A DNA stretch of 29,462 nucleotides from Pedosphaera sp. (GTDB lineage: Bacteria > Verrucomicrobiota > Verrucomicrobiia > Limisphaerales > SIBH01), in NCBI GenBank assembly GCA_031411375.1, contig JANOAY010000173.1, positions 1 through 29,462 on the forward strand. The letters are read 5' to 3'. Under the pieces are notes generated by a model that was not told the DNA's origin, did no database searches, and saw nothing but the letters and a program-made list of their open reading frames with translations. Positions 9,382 through 19,239 of this stretch are shown here, one piece after another; position 1 is the stretch's first letter, and the number at the start of each line of letters is the position of its first letter. The position numbers and the translations under genes were made by a program.

Positions 9382-10125
9382 CTACAAGGTGCCGCGCGGT
9401 TTGGAAATGCCGACGTTGGTCGCGCTGCCGCTCTGGAGCGCGGCGGCGATCTGTTCCTGGAGTTGCGGAGAAGTCACGCTGCGCGCGCTGCCGTCCGCGA
9501 GCGCGATGTTGCCCTGCTTGCGGATGCTGGCGTCCCAGTTCGCGTCAATCGAGGCCGCGACGAAATTGTTCCAAAACGGATCCAGCCCGCCGCCGCCGCC
9601 AGTCACATGGCCGTCGCCCATCAGCAACCCTTGCGGCTCGGTCTCCTTCGCGGTGGTGCCGAAGAAGAAGCTCACATTGTCGAAGCCGGCCAGGAGCACC
9701 CACGACTCGGCCACGGTCTTGTCTTTGTCGAGCGGGCAGACGAGGACTTTCGGCGTCACCAGTTCGTTCGAGCAGGCACGGAAATTGTCTGCCCAATCAT
9801 TGTATTCCAGCGCCTTCATCGCCGCCGTGCTCGCTGGGGGACCGGAGTAGTTCAACGAGGCCACCGTAGTGGCGCTGCCGCCGTCCTGGACCAGGACGTT
9901 CCACGGAAAGCCCCCGTCCTGGTCATTGGCCCAGAGGCGCAGGGCGATCCCGCCCTGATGCAGCAAGTTCACGCATTCGATCTCCTTGGCCTTCTGCTTC
10001 GACTTGGCGAGCGCGGGCAGGAGCAGCGAGGCGAGGATGGCGATGATGGCAATGACCACCAGCAGCTCGATGAGCGTGAAGGCGGCGCGGCGGAACGAGG
10101 CGGTGTGCTTCATAAGAATGTGCAT
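9382..10125 (-). CDS. Prepilin-type N-terminal cleavage/methylation domain protein (H-X9-DG-like C-terminus)
   Basis: [25 protein letters not shown] is the class III signal. C-terminal GNIALADGS, with Ile where the H-X9-DG His is expected. Alternative start at 10113. Confidence 0.92.
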   Translation of the reverse strand: MHILMKHTASFRRAAFTLIELLVVIAIIAILASLLLPALAKSKQKAKEIECVNLLHQGGIALRLWANDQDGGFPWNVLVQDGGSATTVASLNYSGPPASTAAMKALEYNDWADNFRACSNELVTPKVLVCPLDKDKTVAESWVLLAGFDNVSFFFGTTAKETEPQGLLMGDGHVTGGGGGLDPFWNNFVAASIDANWDASIRKQGNIALADGSARSVTSPQLQEQIAAALQSGSATNVGISKPRGTL

Positions 10126-10145
10126 TCTGTGGCGTCAGTTTCGGG

Positions 10146-12056
10146 TCAGTTCTTCAGCCGGTAAAAGCGCGTGGGCGGGTTGGTGAGGAAATGCGGGCTG
10201 GCCGCGTTGGTCACGTTCACCCAGTTGTTCGTCGAGGAAAGATCGGTGGACTGCTGGAGTGTGAAGCCCGCGCCGTTCCAGAAAATGGTCCCGTGATTTT
10301 CCTCCATCCACACCGTGAGGCGCGGCGCGGTGACGAGGGGCGTGCTTTGGATGAGCGCGCCGCCGAAGACGAGGTCGTTGCCGGAGGCGCCGTTGTGCGT
10401 CTCGACCGCGAGCAGATTGTCGCCCTGCACGAGATTCGTGAGCAACGCTCCGCTGATGGTGAAGACATCGGGACACACCGTGGCGGCGTCGCCCTGTTGC
10501 GGCAGGCCGGCGCAAGGCGAGCCGGTGGCGGCGGTGGCGCTGAGAATCACCGTGGGCGCGGCCGCCATCCGCACGCGCTGAAGTTCCGCGCCGTTCAGGT
10601 GAAAGACCGCGCCGTCATCAATGTAATTTGAGAAGGTGAGCGAGATGCCGCTGGTCGGGCCGGTGAAATTGAAGCGCGTGCGGAAATAGTAGGTGCGCGG
10701 CGGCGCGCCGGAGAGCGGCAGCATCGGCGTGTTGCGCGGCGCGACCGCCGCGCTGTTCTCCTGCACGTAGAACAGTCCGATGCCGTTGCTCCAGCCCGCG
10801 TCATTGAAGCCGTTCGTCTTCCAGTTCACGCCGTCCTGGCTGTTCGTGAGGTAGCGCCAGTTGTTGGTCATGCCGAAAAGCTGCGTGCGTGTGACCGTGG
10901 TGACCGTGGTGAGCGAGCAGAGCTGCGTGAGCTGCTGTCCGCCCTGGGTGGTGGAAATGGCGCGGACGAAATAGTTCGAGCCGGGCGTGAGTCCGCCCAG
11001 CGTGACCGCGTGACTCTTCAACAGCCGCGCGTCGAGCGGCGTGCTGCTGCCGTAGCTGGTGGTCGGGCCGTACTCCACCTGCGTCGTCGCCGCCTCGTCC
11101 GTGCGCCAGGTGATGACGGCCGTGCTGGAGCCGGGCGTCCGGGTGAAGTCTTTCAACCCGCTCTCGAGGGCCAGAGCACGCACGCCGAAGTTGTGGCCGA
11201 CATTCCGCTCGCGTCCGTAAGCCGCAACGAAGCTGGAACGGTTGATGCGCTGCGCCTTGCCGCCGCAATCCGCCAGCACCATCGTGGTCGAACCGCCGCC
11301 GTCCACGCAGATGCCGTCCCACGCGCCGAAGCGTTTCAGCCATTCGCCGGTGTTGAAGTAATCCGCGCCATCGCTCCACGGCGGATTCACGCCCTGGGCC
11401 ACACCCTGCCGTCCGTCCACGGTCAGGAGATACAAGTAGCGTTTGTCCTGCGAGAGGCCGATGGCGGTGCGCGGATCAAGGTCGCTGCTGTTCACAATGC
11501 CCACATTCACGCCATTGATAAGCAGCGCGAAGTTGCCGGAAATGGCGGTGTAAATCCCCGTGGTGTTCGTGCCGGGCGCGGTGTTGGTCGGCACGAAGAA
11601 AGCCTGGTGATTGGTCGTGAAGAGCAGGGTCGCGCTATACGCGTTCTCATCCGCCAGCGAGACCACGTCGCCGCGCGAGATGGCCAGACCCCGCACTGAT
11701 TCCGGGGTGCCGACGGCCTCGTCCGACGGGCCGCCGCTGCTGCTGTAGAACGCGCCGTTGATGGCCGCCTGCACGCCGAAGGTCTCGAGGAAGTGGCTGG
11801 TGTTCTGGATGAGCGTCTCCTGTCCGCAACTGTTCGTGCAATGCGGCGTGGTGAACAGCTCCACGCCCGCCGCCAGCAAATCCACCCGCAGGCACAACAC
11901 CGCGTGCGTGACCTCGCCCGCGACCTGCAACGTCTGCGTGCCCGACGCGAGGTCCACGCCCTGATAGATCGGCGACCACGAACCAACCGTGACGATGACG
12001 GCCGAGGCGCGAACGCAGGCGAACGCGAGGACGGCGGCAATTAGCAAAAGTTTCAT
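10146..12056 (-). CDS. Secreted phosphodiester glycosidase (NAGPA) family protein + FN3/purple-acid-phosphatase-N-like domain + DDGAV beta-sandwich + C-terminal module
   Basis: Signal peptide MKLLLIAAVLAFACVRASA. NAGPA motifs AINGAFY, DPRTAIG...LYLLTVDGRQ, VDGGGSTTM. FN3-like TAVITWRTDEAATTQVEYG...HAVTLGGLTPGSNY. Confidence 0.85.
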   Translation of the reverse strand: MKLLLIAAVLAFACVRASAVIVTVGSWSPIYQGVDLASGTQTLQVAGEVTHAVLCLRVDLLAAGVELFTTPHCTNSCGQETLIQNTSHFLETFGVQAAINGAFYSSSGGPSDEAVGTPESVRGLAISRGDVVSLADENAYSATLLFTTNHQAFFVPTNTAPGTNTTGIYTAISGNFALLINGVNVGIVNSSDLDPRTAIGLSQDKRYLYLLTVDGRQGVAQGVNPPWSDGADYFNTGEWLKRFGAWDGICVDGGGSTTMVLADCGGKAQRINRSSFVAAYGRERNVGHNFGVRALALESGLKDFTRTPGSSTAVITWRTDEAATTQVEYGPTTSYGSSTPLDARLLKSHAVTLGGLTPGSNYFVRAISTTQGGQQLTQLCSLTTVTTVTRTQLFGMTNNWRYLTNSQDGVNWKTNGFNDAGWSNGIGLFYVQENSAAVAPRNTPMLPLSGAPPRTYYFRTRFNFTGPTSGISLTFSNYIDDGAVFHLNGAELQRVRMAAAPTVILSATAATGSPCAGLPQQGDAATVCPDVFTISGALLTNLVQGDNLLAVETHNGASGNDLVFGGALIQSTPLVTAPRLTVWMEENHGTIFWNGAGFTLQQSTDLSSTNNWVNVTNAASPHFLTNPPTRFYRLKN

Positions 12057-12071
12057 GGCGAAAAACGGAAA

Positions 12072-12088
12072 GCCGGGTTCAACCCGGC
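12072..12088 (-). terminator. GC hairpin followed by a T-rich tract on the minus strand, just upstream of the 12056 start codon
   Basis: Minus strand reads GCCGGG-TTGAA-CCCGGC TTTCCGTTTTT CGCC ATG. Confidence 0.35.
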
Positions 12089-12154
12089 GGCAACCTGACG
12101 CGGCATGGAGCGGCTCCGAAATCTGGCACCTATTGGAACGGTCTGTCGGACGGC

Positions 12155-12189
12155 ACCATACGCAGCAAGGAGATTAAGGGAAGATTAAG
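12155..12189 (-). promoter_or_regulatory. OmpR/PhoB-type direct-repeat box (CTTAATCT-N3-CTTAATCT) 10 bp upstream of a TATGGT -10 element
   Basis: Perfect 8-bp direct repeat at 12182-12189 and 12171-12178 (11-bp period), then exactly 10 nt, then TATGGT (12160-12155). Oriented toward the 12056 operon. Confidence 0.6.
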
Positions 12190-12311
12190 TTCAGGCAGGC
12201 TTCGGACAGGCTGCGCTGGCCGGGGATCGTTTCACGGCCGAGCGGACGGTGCTGGGACGGGCCTGCCACCGGAGAGGCGGGGCCGGTTGGACAAGGGCTG
12301 AACGCGCCGAG

Positions 12312-13232
12312 CTACCCCGTCCCATTCCCCAGCCCCACCGTCCCCGAGCGGCACAGGTTTACGAACGTCTCCTCCGCCAGGGTCAGCCGGCGGCCGCGCC
12401 AGTGCAGCAGGCCCCAGGTGCGCTTGAGCTTGCGCTTGCCCAGCGGCAGCGAGACGAGCACGCCGCTCTCGATTTCCTTCCGCGCAATCCACGGCGCGAG
12501 AATGCTCACGCCCAGGCCGAGCTTCACCAGCTCCTTGATCGCCTCCATGCTGCCCAGTTCCATGATCATGTTCAGCGCCATGTCCTCGGCGCGGAAGTAT
12601 TCCTCGATCATCTCGTGCGTGAAGCTGTGCTTGTTGTAGAGCACGTACTGCTGGCGCGGCACTTCCTCGCGCACGACGTGCTGCTTCTGCGCCCACGGAT
12701 GGATCGGTGACATCACGAAGACCATTTCGTCGGTGAAGAGCGGGAGAAATTCAAAGTCGTCGTCACGTTTTGGTTCGAGGGCGAGGGCGAGGTCCACTTG
12801 GTTCGAGCGAAGAAGGTTCAGCGCCTCGCGTGTGTCACCCGGCTCGACGGTGATGCGCGCCTGCGGATAGCTCTTCTTAAATTCACTGAGCACCTCGGGG
12901 AGAATGTATTGGCACGCCGTGGTGCTCGCACTGACACGAAGACGGCCTTGCCCCCATTGATTGAGCTGCGTCAGCGCCTCGCGCGCGGCGGACATCTCAG
13001 ACAAGATTTTGTCCGCGTGCTGGAGCAGGTGTTCGCCCGCCTGCGTGAGCAACACCTTTTTACTCATCCTGTCAAAAAGACGGCAGCCGAGATCGGTCTC
13101 CAGCGCCTTCATCGAGTGGCTGACGGCAGACTGGGAGAGGTGCAATTCGCGCGCGGCCTGGGTGAAACTGCCGCGCCGGGCGAGGGTGACAAAAGCCCTG
13201 ATTTGCCGGGTGTCGAGCGGTGCTGTCATCAA
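12312..13232 (-). CDS. LysR family transcriptional regulator
   Basis: N-terminal HTH GSFTQAARELHLSQSAVSHSMKALETDLGCRLFDR...LTQAGE, followed by a substrate-binding domain. Confidence 0.95.
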   Translation of the reverse strand: MMTAPLDTRQIRAFVTLARRGSFTQAARELHLSQSAVSHSMKALETDLGCRLFDRMSKKVLLTQAGEHLLQHADKILSEMSAAREALTQLNQWGQGRLRVSASTTACQYILPEVLSEFKKSYPQARITVEPGDTREALNLLRSNQVDLALALEPKRDDDFEFLPLFTDEMVFVMSPIHPWAQKQHVVREEVPRQQYVLYNKHSFTHEMIEEYFRAEDMALNMIMELGSMEAIKELVKLGLGVSILAPWIARKEIESGVLVSLPLGKRKLKRTWGLLHWRGRRLTLAEETFVNLCRSGTVGLGNGTG

Positions 13233-13364
13233 TAATTGCGTTCATTGCCGCGTTGCAAATCATTCGCTGAATCGGCTGCCGGGTTGAGCGAGTCAGGGCG
13301 CGGACGCGGCGGAAACCGCGCCATGACAGGATGACTTAGCAGGAGGGGAGCCAAGGCCAGAGAA

Positions 13365-13487
13365 GCTCCAAATCCCAAACAAGCGCTAAGTTCCCAAATT
13401 CCAAGCGCGTCAGCTTCGCTCTGACGTTGCGGTTGGAGTTTGAGTTTTGGAGTTTGTTTGGGATTTGGGATTTGGATTTTGAGATTT
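13365..13487. repeat. Inverted heptamer-array element (AAATCCC/AAATTCC vs TTGGGAT/TTGGAGT) with central hairpin
   Basis: Left arm CTCCAAATCCCAAACAA...CCCAAATTCCAAG. Right arm TTGGAGTTTGAGTTTTGGAGTTTGTTTGGGATTTGGGATTTGGATTTTGAGATTT. AAATCCCAAACAA is shared in inverted orientation. Central CGTCAG-N7-CTGACG. Overlaps the 3' end of the AraC ORF. Confidence 0.75.
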
Positions 13488-14243
13488 GCCCGCCCCACGA
13501 AACTCCGTCGGCGTCCCGCCCGTGGCCGAACGGAAGGCCCGAGTGAACGCGCTGTGGTCGTAAAAGCCGCAGGCCAGCGCGATGTCCGCCACAGATCGCT
13601 CGGTCTCCAGCAAGAGCCGCGAGGCCGACGCGAGCCGACGCTGCGCGATGAGTTGCGAAGGCGTGAGCCGGAAGATGCGTTTGATGAGCCGCGCGAAACG
13701 GACGGGCGCAAGGCCGGCTTTCTTCGCCAGCGTGGTCGCGGAAAGTGGTTCGTGAAAGTTGCTTTCCAAATGCTCCATCGCCGCGAGCAGTCCGGCGGGG
13801 ATTTGTCCGCTGTCCTTCAGGGCGCGCAGGTCGCGTGAGAGGCCGATGAGGCCCACGATGTTTCCCGCCGCGTCGCGCAATGGCAGCTTCGTGGTCAAAC
13901 ACCAGCCGGTGCGACGGCGCGAATACCAGTGCAGTTCCAAACGGTCCACGACCGGGCGGCCGGTGCGGATGATTTGCTCGTCCTGCACAGCGTAGCGTTC
14001 CCCGAGTTCGGCGGGGAAAAGGTCGCGCACGCGGCGGCCCACGAGTTCGTCCGGTGAGTTGAAGCCGCAACGCTCGGCGAGCGACTGATTGCACAGCGCG
14101 TATCGCCCTTCGGCATCTTTCACGAAGAACGCCGTGTCAGGGACATTCCGAAACAACTCCGCGACCACAGAAATCACCGGCCACAGCGCGGCCAGCCGGG
14201 CATCGGGCCGGGCACTGGAAGCTGGGCGTTTTTTGGCGGTCAC
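13410..14243 (-). CDS. PAS-domain AraC family transcriptional regulator
   Basis: PAS_4-like AFFVKDAEGRYALCNQSLAERCG...ELVGRRVRDLFP...YAVQDEQII. AraC HTH ...SVADIALACGFYDHSAFTRAFRSATGGTPTEFR. GTG start. Confidence 0.92.
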   Translation of the reverse strand: MTAKKRPASSARPDARLAALWPVISVVAELFRNVPDTAFFVKDAEGRYALCNQSLAERCGFNSPDELVGRRVRDLFPAELGERYAVQDEQIIRTGRPVVDRLELHWYSRRRTGWCLTTKLPLRDAAGNIVGLIGLSRDLRALKDSGQIPAGLLAAMEHLESNFHEPLSATTLAKKAGLAPVRFARLIKRIFRLTPSQLIAQRRLASASRLLLETERSVADIALACGFYDHSAFTRAFRSATGGTPTEFRGAGKSQNPNPKSQTNSKTQTPTATSERS

Positions 14244-14297
14244 GGGGGTTATTTAAGACAAGACAACCGGGGCGGCGATGCCAGAATTCGCCTCACT

Positions 14298-16700
<2,403 letters not shown>

Positions 16701-16710
16701 CTGGAAAAGT

Positions 16711-17172
16711 TTATTCGCCGACCGACCGGAGCGCCTGGGCTTTCAAACTGGGCGAGATGCGAAACTGCGCCTGTTGTTCCAACGCATCGAGCAATGGCCC
16801 AATCTCGGGCAGCAGTCCGGCGCGTTTCGCCGTGATGCACACCCCCACCAGTCCGATGATGTCCACGCCTTCGCGCCGGGCCACGGTGCGCCCGGCCATT
16901 TCATCAATCAGCAGCACATCGGCGGAAGTTTCCTTGGCGAGCACAATGGCTTCCGCTTCGCCCCGATGGATTTCCCGGCAGAGCCGAAGCACGGTTGCCA
17001 TTTCTTTCACAGCGCGGACTTGGATGAAGGCGGGCAGGTGCTCATGCAGCACCCTCAGTTCCTTCTCAACGGCAGGCGGAACCAGAGCGGTGGTGAACAT
17101 GTCGGCGAGCAGATTAATGCGCCCTACTTGGAATAGCGACGTGATGGCCGAGGTGTCGCTGACGACGATCAT
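16711..17172 (-). CDS. DUF3368 family PIN-domain protein (putative toxin)
   Basis: MIVVSDTSAI...VPPAVEKEL...GEAEAIVLAKE...LLIDE..GRTVARREG..IIGLVGV pattern. 4-nt overlap with the upstream antitoxin-like gene. Confidence 0.88.
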   Translation of the reverse strand: MIVVSDTSAITSLFQVGRINLLADMFTTALVPPAVEKELRVLHEHLPAFIQVRAVKEMATVLRLCREIHRGEAEAIVLAKETSADVLLIDEMAGRTVARREGVDIIGLVGVCITAKRAGLLPEIGPLLDALEQQAQFRISPSLKAQALRSVGE

Positions 17173-17426
17173 TTCTTGCCCATCTTCCCGAGCAGCACGT
17201 CCACCATCTTCAAGTCTTGCTCGAAGTCCTCGACCCCGTAGTTCATGCAGATGTTCCGCCGGCCCAGTTCGTGCATCATGTCCGTCTGGGACAGGCCCGC
17301 GAGTTCGGCGGCCTGACCGAGTGAAGCCTCGCCTCGCGCATACAATCCGGCGGCGGCATTTATCCGCACGGTGTCAGGCGTCAGCCGGAGCGCGGCGGCA
17401 AGCTGGTCGGGAAGTTCCACAGTCAC
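17169..17426 (-). CDS. UPF0175 family protein (putative antitoxin)
   Basis: LYARGEASLGQAAELAGLS...MHELGRRNI...Y..EDFEQDL pattern. The start is likely GTG at 17426, not the ORF-track start at 17588, which overlaps the GH39 gene. Confidence 0.82.
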   Translation of the reverse strand: MTVELPDQLAAALRLTPDTVRINAAAGLYARGEASLGQAAELAGLSQTDMMHELGRRNICMNYGVEDFEQDLKMVDVLLGKMGKK

Positions 17427-17506
17427 GTTCGCATCGTAACTCCGCGCCGTTTCACTGCAAGCGCGCGTCTTGACCAAGCTCCATGAATGACGCTCGTATC
17501 CACGCC

Positions 17507-19189
17507 ATGAAAACACTTTGCACCACTCTGGTCGGTTGCTGTCTGGGACTCGCAGCGGTCGTCCAGGCCGCCGACGTTCCCGAAGCAAAACCCTTCCCCG
17601 TCTCCATTCGCGTGGATGCCGCTGCGCCGAAAGGCGATCTGAAACCCATCTGGCGTTTCTTCGGCGCGGACGAACCGAACTACGCCTACATGACGAACGG
17701 GCGAAAGCTCATCGCGGAACTCGGCGAGTTGAGTCCGAAGAATGTTTATTTCCGCGCGCACAATCTGCTCACCTCCGGCGACGGCGCACCGGCGCTCAAG
17801 TGGGGTTCCACCGGCGCGTATCGTGAGGATGCCGACGGCAAACCGATCTACGACTGGACGATTGTGGACCGCATCTTCGATACCTATCTCGCGCGCGGTG
17901 TGCGCCCATACGCGGAGATTGGTTTCATGCCGAAGGAAATGTCCGTGAAGCCGGAGCCGTATCAGCACAAGTGGACGCCGCGCGCGCGCTACGAGGAAAT
18001 TTACACCGGCTGGGCGTATCCGCCGAAAGACTACGCGAAGTGGGCGGAACTCGTTTTCCAATGGACGAAACATTGCGTGGAGAAATACGGACGCGCGGAA
18101 GTCGAGTCGTGGTACTGGCAGGTGTGGAACGAGCCGAACATCGGCTACTGGCGCGGGACGCCGGCGGAGTTTCGGAAGCTGAACGACTACGCCATCAATG
18201 CTGTGCGCCGCGCGTTGCCGACCGCGCGCGTGGGCGGCGCGGACACGGCGGGCAGCGGCGGCAAGTTCACACGCGACTTTCTGGAGCACTGTTTGCGCGG
18301 GACGAATTACGCGACGGGCAAAGTCGGCACGCCCATTGATTTCATTTCCTTCCACGCGAAGGGTTCGCCCGTCACCACCAACGGCCACGTCCGCATGGGC
18401 ATCGCCACGCACCTGCGCGGCGTCGAGGACGGCTTCCGCATCGTGGCGTCCTATCCTGAGTTGAAGAGCAAGCCCATCGTCATCGGCGAATCGGATCCCG
18501 AAGGCTGCGCCGCGTGTCAGGGGCCGTCGCTCGCCTACCGCAACGGCACGATGTATTCGAGCTACACGGCGGCGAGCTTCGCGCGCAAACACGACCTCGC
18601 CGAGAAGCTCGGTGTGAATCTTGAAGGCGCGCTGACGTGGGCTTTCGAGTTCGAGGAGCAGCCCTACTTCGCCGGTTTCCGTTCACTCGCCAGCAACGGC
18701 ATCGACAAGCCCGTGCTCAATGTCTTCCGCATGTTCGCGATGATGCGCGGGCGTCGCCTGAGCGCGGAGAGCAGCGGCGCACTGTCGCTGGATGAAATCA
18801 CCCGGCGCGGTGTGCGTGAGAAGCCGGATGTCGCCGCGTTCGCGAGCCACGAAGGAAAGAAAGTCTGGGTCATGGCGTGGCACTACCACGACGACGACGT
18901 GCCCGGCCCGGACGCCGTGGTGGAACTGGAAATCAACGGCGTGACGCTCGGCAGCGGCGAGGCGAAGGTGCGCCACTTCCGCATCGATCAGGATCACAGC
19001 AACGCCTTCACCGCCTGGAAGAAACTCGGCTCACCGCAGCAACCGACGGCGGAGCAGTACGTGCAACTGGAGAAGTCCGGTCAGCTTGCGGTGCTCGCCA
19101 GCGGCGTCACGCAAGTTGAGAACAGTCAGGCGACGCTCAAGTTCCCGCTCCCGCGCCAGGCCGTGTCACTCATCGAACTGACTTGGTAA
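17507..19189 (+). CDS. Secreted glycoside hydrolase family 39 (beta-xylosidase-like)
   Basis: Signal peptide MKTLCTTLVGCCLGLAAVVQA. YDWTIVDRIFD, PYAEIGFMP, WQVWNEPN (acid/base Glu), VIGESDP (nucleophile Glu), GIDKPVLNVF. Alternative start at 17483. Confidence 0.88.
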   Translation: MKTLCTTLVGCCLGLAAVVQAADVPEAKPFPVSIRVDAAAPKGDLKPIWRFFGADEPNYAYMTNGRKLIAELGELSPKNVYFRAHNLLTSGDGAPALKWGSTGAYREDADGKPIYDWTIVDRIFDTYLARGVRPYAEIGFMPKEMSVKPEPYQHKWTPRARYEEIYTGWAYPPKDYAKWAELVFQWTKHCVEKYGRAEVESWYWQVWNEPNIGYWRGTPAEFRKLNDYAINAVRRALPTARVGGADTAGSGGKFTRDFLEHCLRGTNYATGKVGTPIDFISFHAKGSPVTTNGHVRMGIATHLRGVEDGFRIVASYPELKSKPIVIGESDPEGCAACQGPSLAYRNGTMYSSYTAASFARKHDLAEKLGVNLEGALTWAFEFEEQPYFAGFRSLASNGIDKPVLNVFRMFAMMRGRRLSAESSGALSLDEITRRGVREKPDVAAFASHEGKKVWVMAWHYHDDDVPGPDAVVELEINGVTLGSGEAKVRHFRIDQDHSNAFTAWKKLGSPQQPTAEQYVQLEKSGQLAVLASGVTQVENSQATLKFPLPRQAVSLIELTW

Positions 19190-19210
19190 TCCTCCAAGAT
19201 TTTCGCAGCA

Positions 19211-19239
19211 AACAACGAACTACTGAACACGAACTACGA
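19211..19239. repeat. Heptamer tandem array (GAACTAC TGAACAC GAACTAC) in the GH39-DapA-like spacer
   Basis: Sequence AACAACGAACTACTGAACACGAACTACGA directly precedes the ATG at 19240. Confidence 0.5.

Noticed and set aside
12124-12140. TGGCAC as a possible sigma-54 -24 element
   Set aside because: No TTGC at the required -12 spacing, and it points away from the adjacent operon.
13233-13330. LysR T-N11-A box upstream of the LysR gene
   Set aside because: Only a weak TTGC-N6-GCAA dyad, and no divergent target gene. Not distinguishable from chance.
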